From Octopus sinensis (Eukaryota), in assembly GCF_006345805.1 (NCBI RefSeq), contig NC_043019.1, positions 3,534,001-3,598,000 of the forward strand: a stretch of 64,000 nt of DNA, read 5' to 3'. The notes beneath the pieces were generated by a model, which ran no database searches, was not told the DNA's origin, and was given only the letters and a program-made list of their open reading frames with translations. Positions 51,541 to 64,000 of the stretch are shown in pieces; position 1 is the stretch's first letter, and each line of letters opens with the position of its first letter. The position numbers and the translations under genes are program-made.

Positions 51541-51783
51541 ATGTTTGTGTGTCTGTGTTTGTTCCCCCAACATCGCTTGACAACCGATGCTGGTGTGCTT
51601 ACGTACCCGTAACTTAGCAGTTCAGCAAAAGAAACCGATAGAATAAGTACTATGCTTACAAAGAAAAAGTCCTGGGGTCGATTTGCTTGACTAAAGGCGG
51701 TGCTCCAGCATGGTCACAGTCAAATGACTGAAACAAATAAAAGAGTCTATATATATATATATATATATTTATTTTATAGAAGG

Positions 51784-51834
51784 AGCTTCTACAGGACTAG
51801 AACTGTTTCATTCAAATGAAATCATCAGGAAGCT
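51784..51834 (-). ncRNA. Type I hammerhead ribozyme motif
   Basis: Minus strand reads AGCTTC-CTGATGA-T.TTC(ATTT)GAA.T-GAAA-CAG(TTCTAGTC)CTGT-A-GAAGCT. All core nucleotides present, 6-bp stem I, U.U mismatch at the base of stem II. Confidence 0.75.
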
Positions 51835-54729
51835 TGGTGTCAAGAATAGTTTTGGCATTTATACATTTAGGCAGATTTAATGGGGTGGTGGTGGGGGGGG
51901 CTTTTTTGGGGGTAGGCAGGGCACAAACTGTCTTACTTAGGGGTGGTCAAAAGAATCAGTGATAAAGTAGATAAATGAATAAATAGAATAATAGAATAGA
52001 GTTTTAGGTAAATAAGAAGACTATCGCTTATATATATTAATATTATATATATATATATATAATATCTATATATATATAGGCATGCATGCATAAGTATAAG
52101 TTTGCTTCCAGATACATGAGTTTGAGTTAGTCCCACTGCATGGCATTTTGTCATAGAAGAGAGCATCATTGTCAAGAGAGGTTGTTTGTTTCTAGTCTTC
52201 CTTGCAAAGCATGTCTAGCTAATATGAAATATTACCTGATTTGAAAAACAGGTGAGGGTTAGCAACAGGAAGAGCATCCAGCTGCTGAAAATCTACCTCA
52301 ACAAATTCCAACCATGCGAATATAGGAAAGTGTTTGTTAAATGATGGTAATGAAGGCGGAGGAGTGGCTGTGTGGTAAGTAGCTTGCTAACCAACCACAT
52401 GGTTCCGGGTTCAGTCCCACTGAGTGGCACCTTGGGCAAGTGTCTTCTGCTATAGCCCCGGGCCGACCAATGCCTTGTGAGTGGATTTGGTAGACGGAAA
52501 CTGAAAGAAGCCTGTCGTATATATGATTATATATATATGTGTGTGTATGTGTTTGTGTGTCTGTGTTTGTCCCCCTAGCATTACTTGACAACCGATGCTG
52601 GTGTGTTTATGTCCCTGTCACTTAGCGGTTCGGCAAAAGAAAACCGATATAATAAGTACTGGGCTTACAAAGAATAAGTCCCGGGGTCGATTTGCTCGAC
52701 TAAAGGCGGTGCTCCAGCATGGCCGCAGTCAAATGACTGAAACGAGTAAAAGAGAGAGAGAGAGAGAGAGAGTATGACATAGTAATAAATTTACATGCTT
52801 TGCTTTGCTCGTTATATAATTAAGTTTGACGTTGATGCCAGTGTCGTTGCTGGGAAATTATGTTTGAATATATAACTAGGAAAAATGGTCAAATCAATAA
52901 TGGCTGGAATTAAATCCTTCTGCGATCTGTGAAGAATTTGATGACATTTAGAAATATTTGTGTTGTGGAATTCGAGATGTTTGTGTTGTGGAAGATATTG
53001 TTTTACAGGAAAAGTAAATCTTGCTAATTATAAAAAAAAAAATACAAAATGTTTATTAAGCTATATGACCTTGAGGCTGTCGTGGCTTCTGTTAGTGTCA
53101 TTAAAGATGGGAAAGCGGCGGATGATGGCAGCGCTAGAGTGAATTCTTTGTCGTATCTTGTTTCTTCTCTTTGCATTCTGAATTAAAATCCTGCCTGGGC
53201 CAGCCTCGACTTTCATGCTTCTGAGATTGGTAAAATAAGAAGTACAACATATAGTAAAGCTAGTTTAATGTACTTATTTCTTTACTATCCACAAGGGGCT
53301 AAACACAGAGAGGACAAACAAGGACAGACAAACGGATCAAGTCGATTATATCGACTCCAGTGCGTAACTGGTACATATTCAAATTCCGCCGAGGTCGACT
53401 TTGCCCTTCATCCTTTCGGGGGCGATTAAATAAGTACCAGTTACGCACTGGGGTCGATATAATCGACTTGATTTATTTGTCTGTCCTCTCTGTGTTTAGC
53501 CCCTTGTGGGTAGTAAAGAAATAGGTATTTCGTCTGCCTTTGCGTTCTGAGTTCAAATTCTGCCGAGGTCGACTTAGCCTTTCATCCTTTTGGGGTTGAT
53601 TAAATAAGTACCAGTTACGCACTGGGGTCGATGGAATCGACTTAATCCCTTTGTCTGTCCTTGTTTGTCCTCTCTGTGTTTAGCCCCTTGTAGGTAATAA
53701 AGAAATGTATTATTCTATCAAAAATAATTATTCTTTATTCACATTGTTTTGAATGGTTCATGGCTTTATCTTGTAATTTTGCGATTCCGGTGATGTGACT
53801 GTTTATTTTCAGAATGATTTTGCTGGGTAGTTGTGAGAAGCCAAATCTGTTCATAAAACAGATAGACTATTTTGGCCATATACAGCATAGAGGTTACTCT
53901 GTCAAAACGTAATTACTTATGCTTTCAAAAAGCACCCACCACATTCATGGAGTCGTTGGCGTTAGGAAGGGCATCCAGCTGTAGAAACACTGCCAGATCA
54001 GACTGGAGCCTGGTGCAGCCTCCTGGTTTCCCAGACCCTGGTCGAACTGTCCAACCCATGCTAGCTGAGTTGTCAAACAGTTAAACCAAATTTTCTCAAA
54101 ACAACTTGTCCAACTGTCCCATAGGCCTCCCCTTTGAGAAACACTGATTTAACCTAAATTTGAGACACCAGCAAAAGAAAAAATAAAGATAGACCTTTTG
54201 TCTATTCCAAAGAAAAACGATTTTATTCACACAAATATGCCACCGAAGAGTTTAAAGTACCAGTAAGTACATCGCAACAGCTGATGTACTTGTGCATACA
54301 AATGCACGTTCCCACAGCTTTATCGATCGCATTCTTACCTGGAATCGATTTTTGTAATTTTTTCAAGACTTATACACGCCCTGATACCATTGGTATCTAC
54401 ATATCAAATTTGAGCACAATTGGATGGAGGATGCCCGAGATCCTAGAAGACACGCACACACAGACAGACACAACGGATTTTATATAATAGATATACTCTC
54501 TTTACTCTTTTACTCTTTACTTGTTTCAGTCAGTTGACTGTGGCCATGCTGGAGCACCACCTTTAGTCGAGCAACTCGACCCCGGGACTTATTCTCTTTT
54601 GCCGAACTACTAAGTGACGGGTACATAAATACACCAGCATCGGTTGTCAAGCAATGCTAGGGGGACAAACACAAACAGTCACACAAACACTATATATAAA
54701 TACACCTATATATATATATATATACATAT

Positions 54730-55658
54730 ATTATGACGGGCTTCTTTCATTTCGCGTCTACCAAATCCACTCACAAGGCTTGGTTGGCCCAGGCTATAGT
54801 AGAAGACAGTACCCAAGATGCCACGCAGTGGACTGAACCCGGAACCGTGTGGCTGGTAAGCAAGCTACTTACCACACAGCCACTCCTGCACCATATATAT
54901 ATGATGGGCTTCTTTCAGTTTCCATCTACCAAATCCACTCACAAGGCTTTGGTCGGCCCGAGGCTATAGTAGAAGACACTTGCCCAAGTGCCACGCAGTG
55001 GGACTGAACCCGGAACCGTGTGGCTGGTAAGCAAGCTACTTACCACACAGCCACTCCTGCGCCTATATATATATATAATTTGTGTGTATACGTGTGTCAG
55101 TCTGTCTGTGTTTATGTTTACAAGTTTCAGAACTGATTTTGCATCAAGCATAACTTAAACCATTTGATAAAGATTGATAAAATAAATGCTAGGATAGGAT
55201 GGATATGATTGACTAACTAAAAGGGCCTTGAAGGCGGTACCATGGCCACAGTCCAATCACTGAAACCATTAAAAGAATTCAGCCTGGCGAGGCGCCAGGT
55301 TCTACCGACCCACCAGCTTCACATTAAACTGTAACACAATGATGCTGCTTGATGGGTCTAATAACATAACAACAACAGGTAAAGTACTGCTCACTTCCAT
55401 TGATGGCTAAGCCATGTGGAAAAGAGAGAACGCTGAATCTGTAGAGATTGCCAAATTTCTGGTGTAGTTAATGTTGAAAACAAAACGAGGTATGGTGCAA
55501 CCATTACCTGTTTCGCCTTGTGTTTCTATTCACGTGTTTATTATATTTAACGCAATGATTTATCAGGTGTGTATAAATATATTATATTCAAATATTTATC
55601 AGATACATATAATTATCGTCTGTTTATCAAATAAAAATATACCTGATATATATATACA

Positions 55659-55692
<34 letters not shown>

Positions 55693-56816
55693 CATGTGTG
55701 TGTGCGTATATATATATATATTATATCGTTTAACATCTGTCTTCCATGCATGCATGGGTAATACATACACACATACATATATATGTGTGTGTGTATATAT
55801 ATATATATACACATACATACATATACACATATATACATATACATATATACATACATACATATATATACACACACATATATATACATATATATATGACGGG
55901 CTTCTTTCAGTTTCCGCTACCAAATCCACTCACAAGGCTTTGGTTGGCCCGAGGCTATAGTAAAGACAGTAGCCCAGATGCCACGCAGCGGGACTGAACC
56001 CGGAAACCGTTGTGGCTGGTAAGCAAGCTACTTACCACACAGCACTCCTGCACCTATATATATATGATGGGCTTCTTTCAGTTTCCATCTACCAAATCCA
56101 CTCACAAGGCTTTGGTCGGCCCGAGGCTATAGTAGAAGACACTTGCCCAAGATGCCACGCAGTGGGACTGAACCCGGAACCGTGTGGCTGGTAAGCAAGC
56201 TACTTACCACACAGCCACTCCTGCGCCTATATATATATATAATTTGTGTGTATACGTGTGTCAGTCTGTCTGTGTTTATGTTTACAAGTTTCAGAACTGA
56301 TGTTGCATCAAGCAGAACTTAAACCATTTGATAAAGATTGATAAAATAAATGCTAGGATAGGATGGATATGATTGACTAACTAAAAGGGCCTTGAAGGCG
56401 GTACCATGGCCACAGTCCAATCACTGAAACCATTAAAAGAATTCAGCCTGGCGAGGCGCCAGGTTCTACCGACCCACCAGCTTCACATTAAACTGTAACA
56501 CAATGAGCTGCTTGATGGGTCTAATAACATAACAACAACAGGTAAAGTACTGCTCACTTCCATTGATGGCTAAGCCATGTGGAAAAGAGAGAACGCTGAA
56601 TCTGTAGAGATTGCCAAATTTCTGTGTGTAGTTAATGTTGAAAACAAAACGGGTATGGTGCAACCATTACCTGTTTCGCCTTGTGTTTATTCACAGTGTT
56701 TATTATATTTAACGCAATGATTTATCAGGTGTGGTATAAATATATTATTCAAATATTTATCAGATACTATAATTATCGCTGTTTATCAAATAAAAATATA
56801 CCTGAATATATATACA

Positions 56817-56848
<32 letters not shown>

Positions 56849-57060
56849 CATGTGGTTGCGTATATATATATATATATATCGTTTAAATCCGTCTTCCATG
56901 CATGCATGGGTAAAATACATACACACATACATATTAGTGTGTGTCTATATATATATATACACATACATACATATACACATATATACATATACATATATAC
57001 ATATACATATATATACACACACATATATATCCATATATTACACACACACACATGTATACA
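54730..57060. repeat. ~1.17-kb tandem duplication
   Basis: Same unique sequence at about 55222 and 56387; differences are mostly single-base indels. Confidence 0.85.
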
Positions 57061-57073
57061 TATATGTACACAC

Positions 57074-57104
<31 letters not shown>

Positions 57105-59341
57105 TATCTATATATATGTACACACACACATATGCGTATAACACACATACACATAACAAATGTGCATATGTGCAAGCATGGCTGTGTGTCTTAAGAAGTT
57201 TGCTTCCAAACTAACCACATGGTTTTGGGTTCAATCCTACTGAGTGGCACATTGAGCAGGTGTCTTCCACTGTAGCCTCAGGCCAACCAAAACCTTGTGT
57301 GTGGATTTGGCAGAAGAAACTGGAAGAAACTTGTCATACATATATATGCATATATACCCTTTTACTCTTTTACTTGTTTCAGTCAGTTGACTGTGGCCAT
57401 ACTGGAGCACCGTCTTTAGTCGAGCAAATCAACCCCGGGACTTATTCTTTGTAAGCCCAGTACTTATTCTATCGTCTCTTTTGCCGAACCGCTAAGTAAC
57501 GGGGACATAAACACACCAGCATCGGTTGTCAAGCAATGCTAGGGGGACAAACACAGACACACACACATATATACGACGGGCTTCTTTCAGTTTCCGTCTA
57601 CCAAATCCACTCACAAGGCTTTTGGTCAGCCCGAGGCTATAGTAGAAGACACTTGCCCAAGGTGCCACGCAGTGGGACTGAACCCGGAACCATGTGGTTG
57701 GTAAGCAAGCTACTTACCACACAGCCACTCCTGCGCATATATATATATATGCGTGTGTATGTATGCATGCACATGTGTGTGTGTGTGTGTGTTTTGTTTG
57801 TATTTTGTTGTCTTGGCATTGCATAATATTTGTAAACAAGTGTCACCATCCTACAAGCAGTGTCATTAATTTCCAGTATTTTGCCAGATCCTGTCTGGCC
57901 ATAGAGAAATATTACCTTGCTTAAAAACAGGTGAGGGCTGGCAACAGGATATATCAAATGCACAGGTGTGGCTGTGCGGTAAGAAGCTTGCTTCTCAACC
58001 GCATGGTTCCGGGTTCAGTCCCACTGCGTGGCACCTTGGGCAAGTGTCTTCTACTATAGGCTCGGGTTGACCAAAGCAATGTGAGTGGATTTGGTAGATG
58101 GAAACTAAAAGAAGGGCATCGTATATACTCTTTTACTTGCTTCAGTCATTTGACTGTGGCCATGCTGGAGCACCGCCTTTAGTCAAGCAAATCGACCCCG
58201 GGACTTATTCTTTGTAAGCCTAGTACTTATTCTTTTGCCAAACCACTAAGTTACGGGTACGTAAACAGACCAGCATCGGTTGTCAAGCGATGGTGGGGGG
58301 ACAAACACAGACACATAAACACACACACACATACATACATACATACATATATTATATATATTGTTATATTTCGGAATGGTCATATTGCCAGTTTAGCCAA
58401 TAAATCTTGCACAACAAATATTTAAACGTATATATATATATATATATGACGGGCTTCTTTCAGTTTCCGTCTACCAAATCCACTCGTAAAATTTTGGTTG
58501 GCCCCAGGCTATAGTAGAAAACACTTGCCCAAGGTGCCACGCAGTGGGACTGAAACCGGAACCATGTGGTTCGTTAGCAAGCTACTTACCACACAGCCAC
58601 TCCTATGCCTATTCTTTTACTTGTTTCATTCGTTTGACTGCAGCCATGCTGGAGCCCTACTTTAAAGGGGTTTTTTTTTCAGTTGAAGGAAACAACACCA
58701 GGACTTATTCTTTGAAAGCTTAGTACTTACTCTATTGATCTCTTTTGCTGAACCGCTAAGTTACAGGGATGGAAACACACCAGCATCGACTGTCAAGTAA
58801 TGGTGATGGAGACAAACACAGATACAAAGGCACACACACACATAAATATATCCATATACATAGGTTTTGTAACAAGATGAAGGTCTCAGGAACACTTGAG
58901 GAGTGTCTGTCTTGTCTTGTCACATACAATTGTCGAAGGGAGAACCAAAATTCGACTGTCTTCAATAGCAATAAATAATACTTTATTTTCCGGGTTTCAC
59001 AAATAAAAATGTATACGGCACGTTAAAAGCACCAACCGATCGTGGCCGATGCCAGACTCCCCTGGCACCTGTGCCGGTGGCATGTAAAAAGCACCCACTA
59101 CACTCGCGGAGTGGTTGGCATTAGGAAGGGCATCCAGCTGTAAAAACACTGCCAGATCAGACTGGAGCCTGGTGCAGCCCCTGGCTTCCCAGATCCCGGT
59201 CGAACCGTCCAACCCGTGCTAGCGCGGAAAACGGACGTTAAACGATGATGATGATGATGATGATGATTTTCCTTAAGAGCGAACCGGTAGCCAAGTCCAC
59301 AAGACTGGTCACAAATGTTCACTTGTGTGAGCCAAAATTAC

Positions 59342-59545
59342 CGTCTCTGTTCCTGCTTAGAAGAGAGCTTCTCTATATATGTAGGGTTTTCCCTGAGAGA
59401 AGGTTGGTCACGTTCACTCGGTAGGGTTGCTGATTCCAAAAGGCAGATTTAGCGAGAACGCTTTCAGTTTGCCGTTCTCTGTGCATGCGCATGAGGGAAC
59501 TTCCGGCAGCCTACCAGACGTAATCCAACTCTGCGCATGCGTGCT
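59342..59545 (-). promoter_or_regulatory. Housekeeping-type promoter and candidate non-coding first exon
   Basis: Two NRF1-like sites (TGCATGCGCATG 59482-59493, TGCGCATGCG 59532-59541), an ETS-type ACTTCCGG (59499-59506), local CpG enrichment, and a minus-strand donor ACG|GTAATT at 59341. Confidence 0.5.
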
Positions 59546-60079
59546 GAAAACTTCCAAAAATAGCGTCACTACAGCTTCTTTTAGTTTCTGTCAACCAAAT
59601 CCACTCACAAGGCTTTGTTTGGCTCAAGGCCATAATAGAAGACACTTACCCAAGGTGCCACGCAGTGGGACTGAGCCTGGAACCAAGCTTCTTACCATGC
59701 AGCCATGCCTGTGCTATCATTATCATCATTGTTTAATGTCTGTTTTCCATGCTGGCATGGGTTGGACGGTTTGACTGAGGTCTGGAGAGCTAGAGGTTGC
59801 ACCAGGCTCCAATCCGATCCTGGTGCAGCCACTGGCTCTAATGTGATCCAGCATTGTTTCTACAAATGCTCGAAATACGAGAGTAGAAAAACGGCCAACA
59901 ACTGATGAAAGGTTGTTTGTCTTGTTTTCCATTTGTGTCTTTCGTAGTTCAAAAAAATAGTTCATATTCCATGTACTCATACTTCGTATTCTTTTGCTGT
60001 ACACATTTTGTGACATCCTGTGCCCACATATGCATATATGTACATATACATATGTATATATGCATATATATATATATTA

Positions 60080-60359
60080 CTAGCAGTATTGCCCGGCGTT
60101 GCAAGGGAAATAACTATATAAGCATTTTTAGAGAGTTACTTCCCTTATATAATAGCAAAAAAATGCATTAAAAATGGGAAAAAATGATGGTAAATTTTTT
60201 TTTAAATCGTAGACTCATGCTAATACCCAGAAGGACTCGATATGAATCACGACTATAAGATACCCGCTTTTGGTTACATGCACTGCAAAATGTGGGAGTA
60301 GTTAGGAATCTAAATCGTAGGTGACAGACACCACACAACTTCACTATTATATATAAAGA
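60080..60359 (-). mobile_element. Non-autonomous Helitron-like element
   Basis: 5' TC, 3' CTAG, inserted at A|T, subterminal hairpin; homologous to 61917-62216. Confidence 0.7.
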
Positions 60360-60389
60360 TTATATGATTGAACACCACGCATCCTTTTC

Positions 60390-60980
60390 CAAGTAAGTTA
60401 GGCAAGTGAAATCGAAATTGAACCAAATTCGTTGACTGGCACCCATGCCAACCTCCCTTCACTGGACACTAAACTCTGCTTGCGAAGACCTGTTGGGGCA
60501 AGTGAAATCGAAATTGAGCCAAATTCGATGACTGGCACCCGTGCCAGTGGAGCGATTACAGCGCCATCCAAGCGGGATCACTGCCAGAGCAGCTGTCTGG
60601 TTTCCGTGCTGGTGGCATGTAAAGAACACCATTTGAGTGTGATCGTTGACAGCGTCGCCTCATTGGCACATGAACAAAACATTCGAGCGAGGTCGTTGCC
60701 AGTACTGCTGGACTGACTTCTGTGCAGGTGGCACGTAAAAAAACACCATTTCGAGCGTGGCCATTGCCAGTACCGCCAGACTGGCCCTCGTGCCGGTGGC
60801 ACATAAAAAGCACCCACTACACTCTCGGAGTGGTTGGCGTTAGGAAGGGCATCCAGCTGTAGAAACTCTGCCAGATCAAGATTGGAGCCTGGTGCAGCCA
60901 TCTGGTTCGCCAGCCCTCAGTCAAATCGTCCAACCCATGCTAGCATGGAAAGTGGAGGTTAAACGATGATGGTGATGATA
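60390..60980 (+). mobile_element. SINE-like family D with internal subrepeats and (GAT)n tail, representative copy
   Basis: Ends ...catgctagcatggaaagcggacgttaaacgatgatg. Other copies: 375-900(-), 3541-3690(+), 4225-4590(+), 13277-13480(-), 18802-18955(-), 47340-48220(+), 59025-59268(+), 62480-62900(-). Confidence 0.8.
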
Positions 60981-60996
60981 TATATATTTATATAAT

Positions 60997-61917
60997 ATAT
61001 GTTATTTAGAGATAGCAGTGCCCATCATCACACCATATAAAAGAATTTTATTTTAATACTTATTCATTCCTAAATTTCTCTGCTACACATGTCTCTTGGG
61101 GTTCTTTTACCGTTCTTTAAGCACGCAGTGTTTTACAGGAACATTTCTGAAAACGCAACCCCAATTGTCAGGCCTCTAAATAACTTTATGATAATTCAAT
61201 ACCAAATTCTATATATTAATTTTTTAGCAGATAAATATACTCTTTTACTTGTTTCAGTCATTTGACTGCGGCCATGCTGGAGCACCGCCTTTAGTCGAGC
61301 AAATCAACCCCGGGACTTATTCTTTGGAAGCCCAGTACTTATTCTATCGGTCTCTTTTTGCCGAACCGCTAAGTGACGGGGACGTAAAAAACACCACCAT
61401 CAGTTGTCAAGCAATGCTAGGGGGACAAACACATACATATATATACATATATACAACAGGCTTCTTTCAGTTTCCGTCTACCAAATCCACTCACAAGGCA
61501 TTGGTCGGCCCGGGGCTATAGCAGAAGACACTTGCCCAAGATGCCACGCATTGGGACTGAACCCGGAACCATGTGGTTGGTAAGCAAGCTACTTACCACA
61601 CAGCCACTCCTGCACCTATGTTAATTTAATATGTTAATATTAATACCAAATATGTTAATTTAATACCAAATACGCATATTTATCTGCTAAAAAATTAATA
61701 TATAGAATTTGGTATTGAATTATAATAAAGTTATTTAGAGGCCTGACAATTGGGGTTGCGTTTTAAGAAATGTTCCTGTAAAACACTACATGTTTAAGGA
61801 ACGGTAAAAGAACCCCAAGAGACATGTGTAGCAGAGAAATTTAGGAATGAATAAGTATTAAAATAAAATTCTTTTATATGGTGTGATGATGGGCACTGCT
61901 ATCTCTAAATAACATAT
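60997..61917. repeat. ~240-bp inverted repeat pair enclosing a SINE
   Basis: Arms 60997-61238 and 61676-61917, with a handful of mismatches; spacer is a family-A SINE plus about 55 bp of AT-rich duplicated sequence. Confidence 0.9.
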
Positions 61918-62216
61918 CTTTATATATAAAAGTGAAGTTGTGTGTGTGTGTCTGTCTCCTACGATTTAGATTCCTAACTACTCCCACATTTTGCGGTGCA
62001 GTGTAACCAAAAGTGGGTGTCTTATAGTCGTGATTCATATCGAGCCCTTCTGGGTATTATCGCGCGTCTACGATGAGTCTACGATTTAAAAAAAAATTTA
62101 CCATCATTTTTTCCCATTTTTAATGCATTTTTTTGCTATTATATAAGTAACTCTCTAAAAATGCTTCTATAGTTATTTCCCTTACAAACCCGAGCAATGC
62201 CGGGTGATACTGCTAG
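61917..62216 (+). mobile_element. Non-autonomous Helitron-like element
   Basis: A|TCTTTATATATAAAAG ... ACCCGAGCAATGCCGGGT hairpin, then GATACTGCTAG|T. Confidence 0.75.
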
Positions 62217-62992
62217 TATTATATAAATAACAGTAAAAGACAGGGGTAATGTCATGATCCCAGTTGCTTATATGTCATAGAGACCAGATAAAAGCCTTCC
62301 GAGTCTGAGGGCTCAAGAAAAAAGAAAAAGTATCCCCTAAAGACAAGCCTATTTTATTGTGAATGTGTTTTGTAAGAGATTTAGCTTCTATTTCCAGCAA
62401 GTTGAGCAACTACATAAAAGCGCTTATCAATTGATGATGGTAATGATGGTGGTAGTGATGAAGTTGGTGGTTGTGATGATGACATCATCATCGTTTCACA
62501 TCCGCTTTCCATGCTAGCATGGGTTGAACGGTTCAATTGGGGTCTGGGAAGGCAGGAGGCTGCACCAGGCTCCAGTCTGATCTGGCAGTGTTTCAACAGC
62601 TGGATGCCCTTCCTAACGCCAACCACTCCATGAGTGTAGTGGGTGCTTTTTACGTGCCATTGGCACGGAGGCCAGTTGGGGCGGCGCTGGCGACGGCCAC
62701 GTTCGGATGGTTCTCTTACATGCCACCGCTACACATTCTGGTATCACATTCTGGTATCACAGCTACAAATTCCATTGATGTTGATCGATTTCGATTTTTA
62801 CTTGCCTCAACAGGTCTTCACAAGTAGTTCTGTGTCCCAAGAAGGAAAGGTATGCATACGTGGACTGGCTACACCCCAGGTAGAGGCCACGGGTTATGAT
62901 AAAAGAAAAAAAAAAAAAACCAAGAACATATATATATATAGTTCCATTTTTGTCCATGTTTATTTACAAACTATCAAATCATTCTTCTGTAA

Positions 62993-63218
62993 TCACTGAA
63001 CATCCATTGTTGAGGGCTCCTCTTTTACATCATCCCGGCACTTGGAATTGAGAAGTTCCCACCGAATGTCTGGGGTAATTTCTGCATGGTTGTGAACCCT
63101 CAATACTTCGAGCAAGGATTCCTTTTGTTCACTGGAGACATTTTCTTTGTAGCGCTGAACAAACGTTAGGAAACACTGGTGCCACAGAACGGGCAATCGA
63201 CGCTGTTCTCGGGAGAAT
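62993..63218 (-). CDS. BYSL: Bystin, last coding exon
   Basis: Acceptor aatttcag, phase 2. FSREQRRLPVLWHQCFLTFVQRYK...QKESLLEVLR...H...ITPDIRWEL matches the conserved bystin C-terminus. Stop TGA at 62993-62995. Confidence 0.92.
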
Positions 63219-64000
63219 CTGAAATTAAATTGATGAAAAATAGCATTAAAGATAACCTATTAATTAGTGTCCAAATTTTTTGTATTTAATTTATCACCAA
63301 AAATCATTTTTATGCAACTTTATCTGATAGGCACAGGAGTGGCTGTGTGGTAAGTAGCTTGCTTACCAACCACATGGTTCCATGTTCAGTCCCACTGTGT
63401 GGCATCTTGGGCAAGTGTCTTTCTTCTATAGCCTCGGGCCGACCAATGTCTTGTGAGTGGATTTGGTAGACGGAAACTGAAAGAAGCCTGTCGAATATAT
63501 GTATATATATGTATGTTTGTGTGTCTGTGTTTGTCCCCTAGCATTGCTTGACAACAGATGCTGGTGTGTTTACGTCCCCGTCACTTAGCGGTTCGGCAAA
63601 AGAGACCGATAGATTAAGTACTGGGCTTACAAAAGAATAAGTCCTGGGGGTCGATTTGCTCGACTAAAGGCGTTGCTCCAGCATGGCCGCAGTCAAATGA
63701 CTGAAACAAGTTAAAGAGTAAAGAGAGATACTAAATATATAAAAAATTTTTTTACAATATTTGAAAGACACCCTAGTTCTGATGACTAACTCAACCAAAA
63801 TGCATGCATTCCAGTCTGGTCAGGTAGACTGTGGCCATGCTGGAGCACCGCCTTTATTTGAGCAAATCGACCCCAGGACTTATTTTTTGCAAGCCTAGTA
63901 CTTATTTTTTCGGTCTCTTTTGCCAAACCGCTAAGTGATGGGGACGTAAACACACCAGCATCGGTTGTCAAGCAATGCTAGGGGGACACACACAGACACA

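Noticed and set aside
52790-53230. Unique sequence with 35-70-codon open stretches on the minus strand
   Set aside because: No consistent exon boundaries or recognisable homology; may still belong to the hidden gene but cannot be supported.
59860-59915. GAAA...CTGATGA arrangement as a type II hammerhead
   Set aside because: Helix III and the cleavage triplet do not pair correctly; more likely a truncated repeat tail.

Overview
AT-rich, microsatellite- and SINE-saturated animal genomic DNA. It is most consistent with an octopod cephalopod (Octopus sp.); this is inferred from repeat families and gene content, not from a database search. There is one 100-N gap (41233-41332). Host genes: (1) an SLC16/MCT-type MFS transporter on the minus strand, with three phase-compatible exons (11390-11616, 4715-4858, 1010-1798); its first coding exon was not located and its last lies outside the window. 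(2) A BAG3/starvin-like co-chaperone, large terminal exon 41646-42830 (+). (3) The last coding exon of bystin, 62993-63218 (-). (4) A probable further spliced gene on the minus strand between about 59.5 and 44.6 kb that the ORF track largely misses. Nearly all other long ORFs are microsatellite or repeat artefacts. Mobile DNA: a full-length decayed mariner with TIRs and TA TSD, a second decayed mariner, fragments of RTE, CR1, Tx1, Dong/R4 and Penelope-like retroelements, hAT-, piggyBac- and Merlin-like MITEs, Helitron-like elements and four abundant SINE-like families. Most interesting: type I hammerhead ribozyme motifs, including a 128-bp palindrome of two back-to-back hammerheads (19948-20075) and a complete copy (51784-51834), in a window that also holds a Penelope-like RT fragment; a pre-tRNA-Phe/CR1-tail chimeric retrocopy (14639-14805); SINE tandem arrays with an identical junction at five loci; and an in-frame TGA in a C-x-x-TGA context in the hidden gene. 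SINE copy boundaries are approximate (about +/-20 bp).
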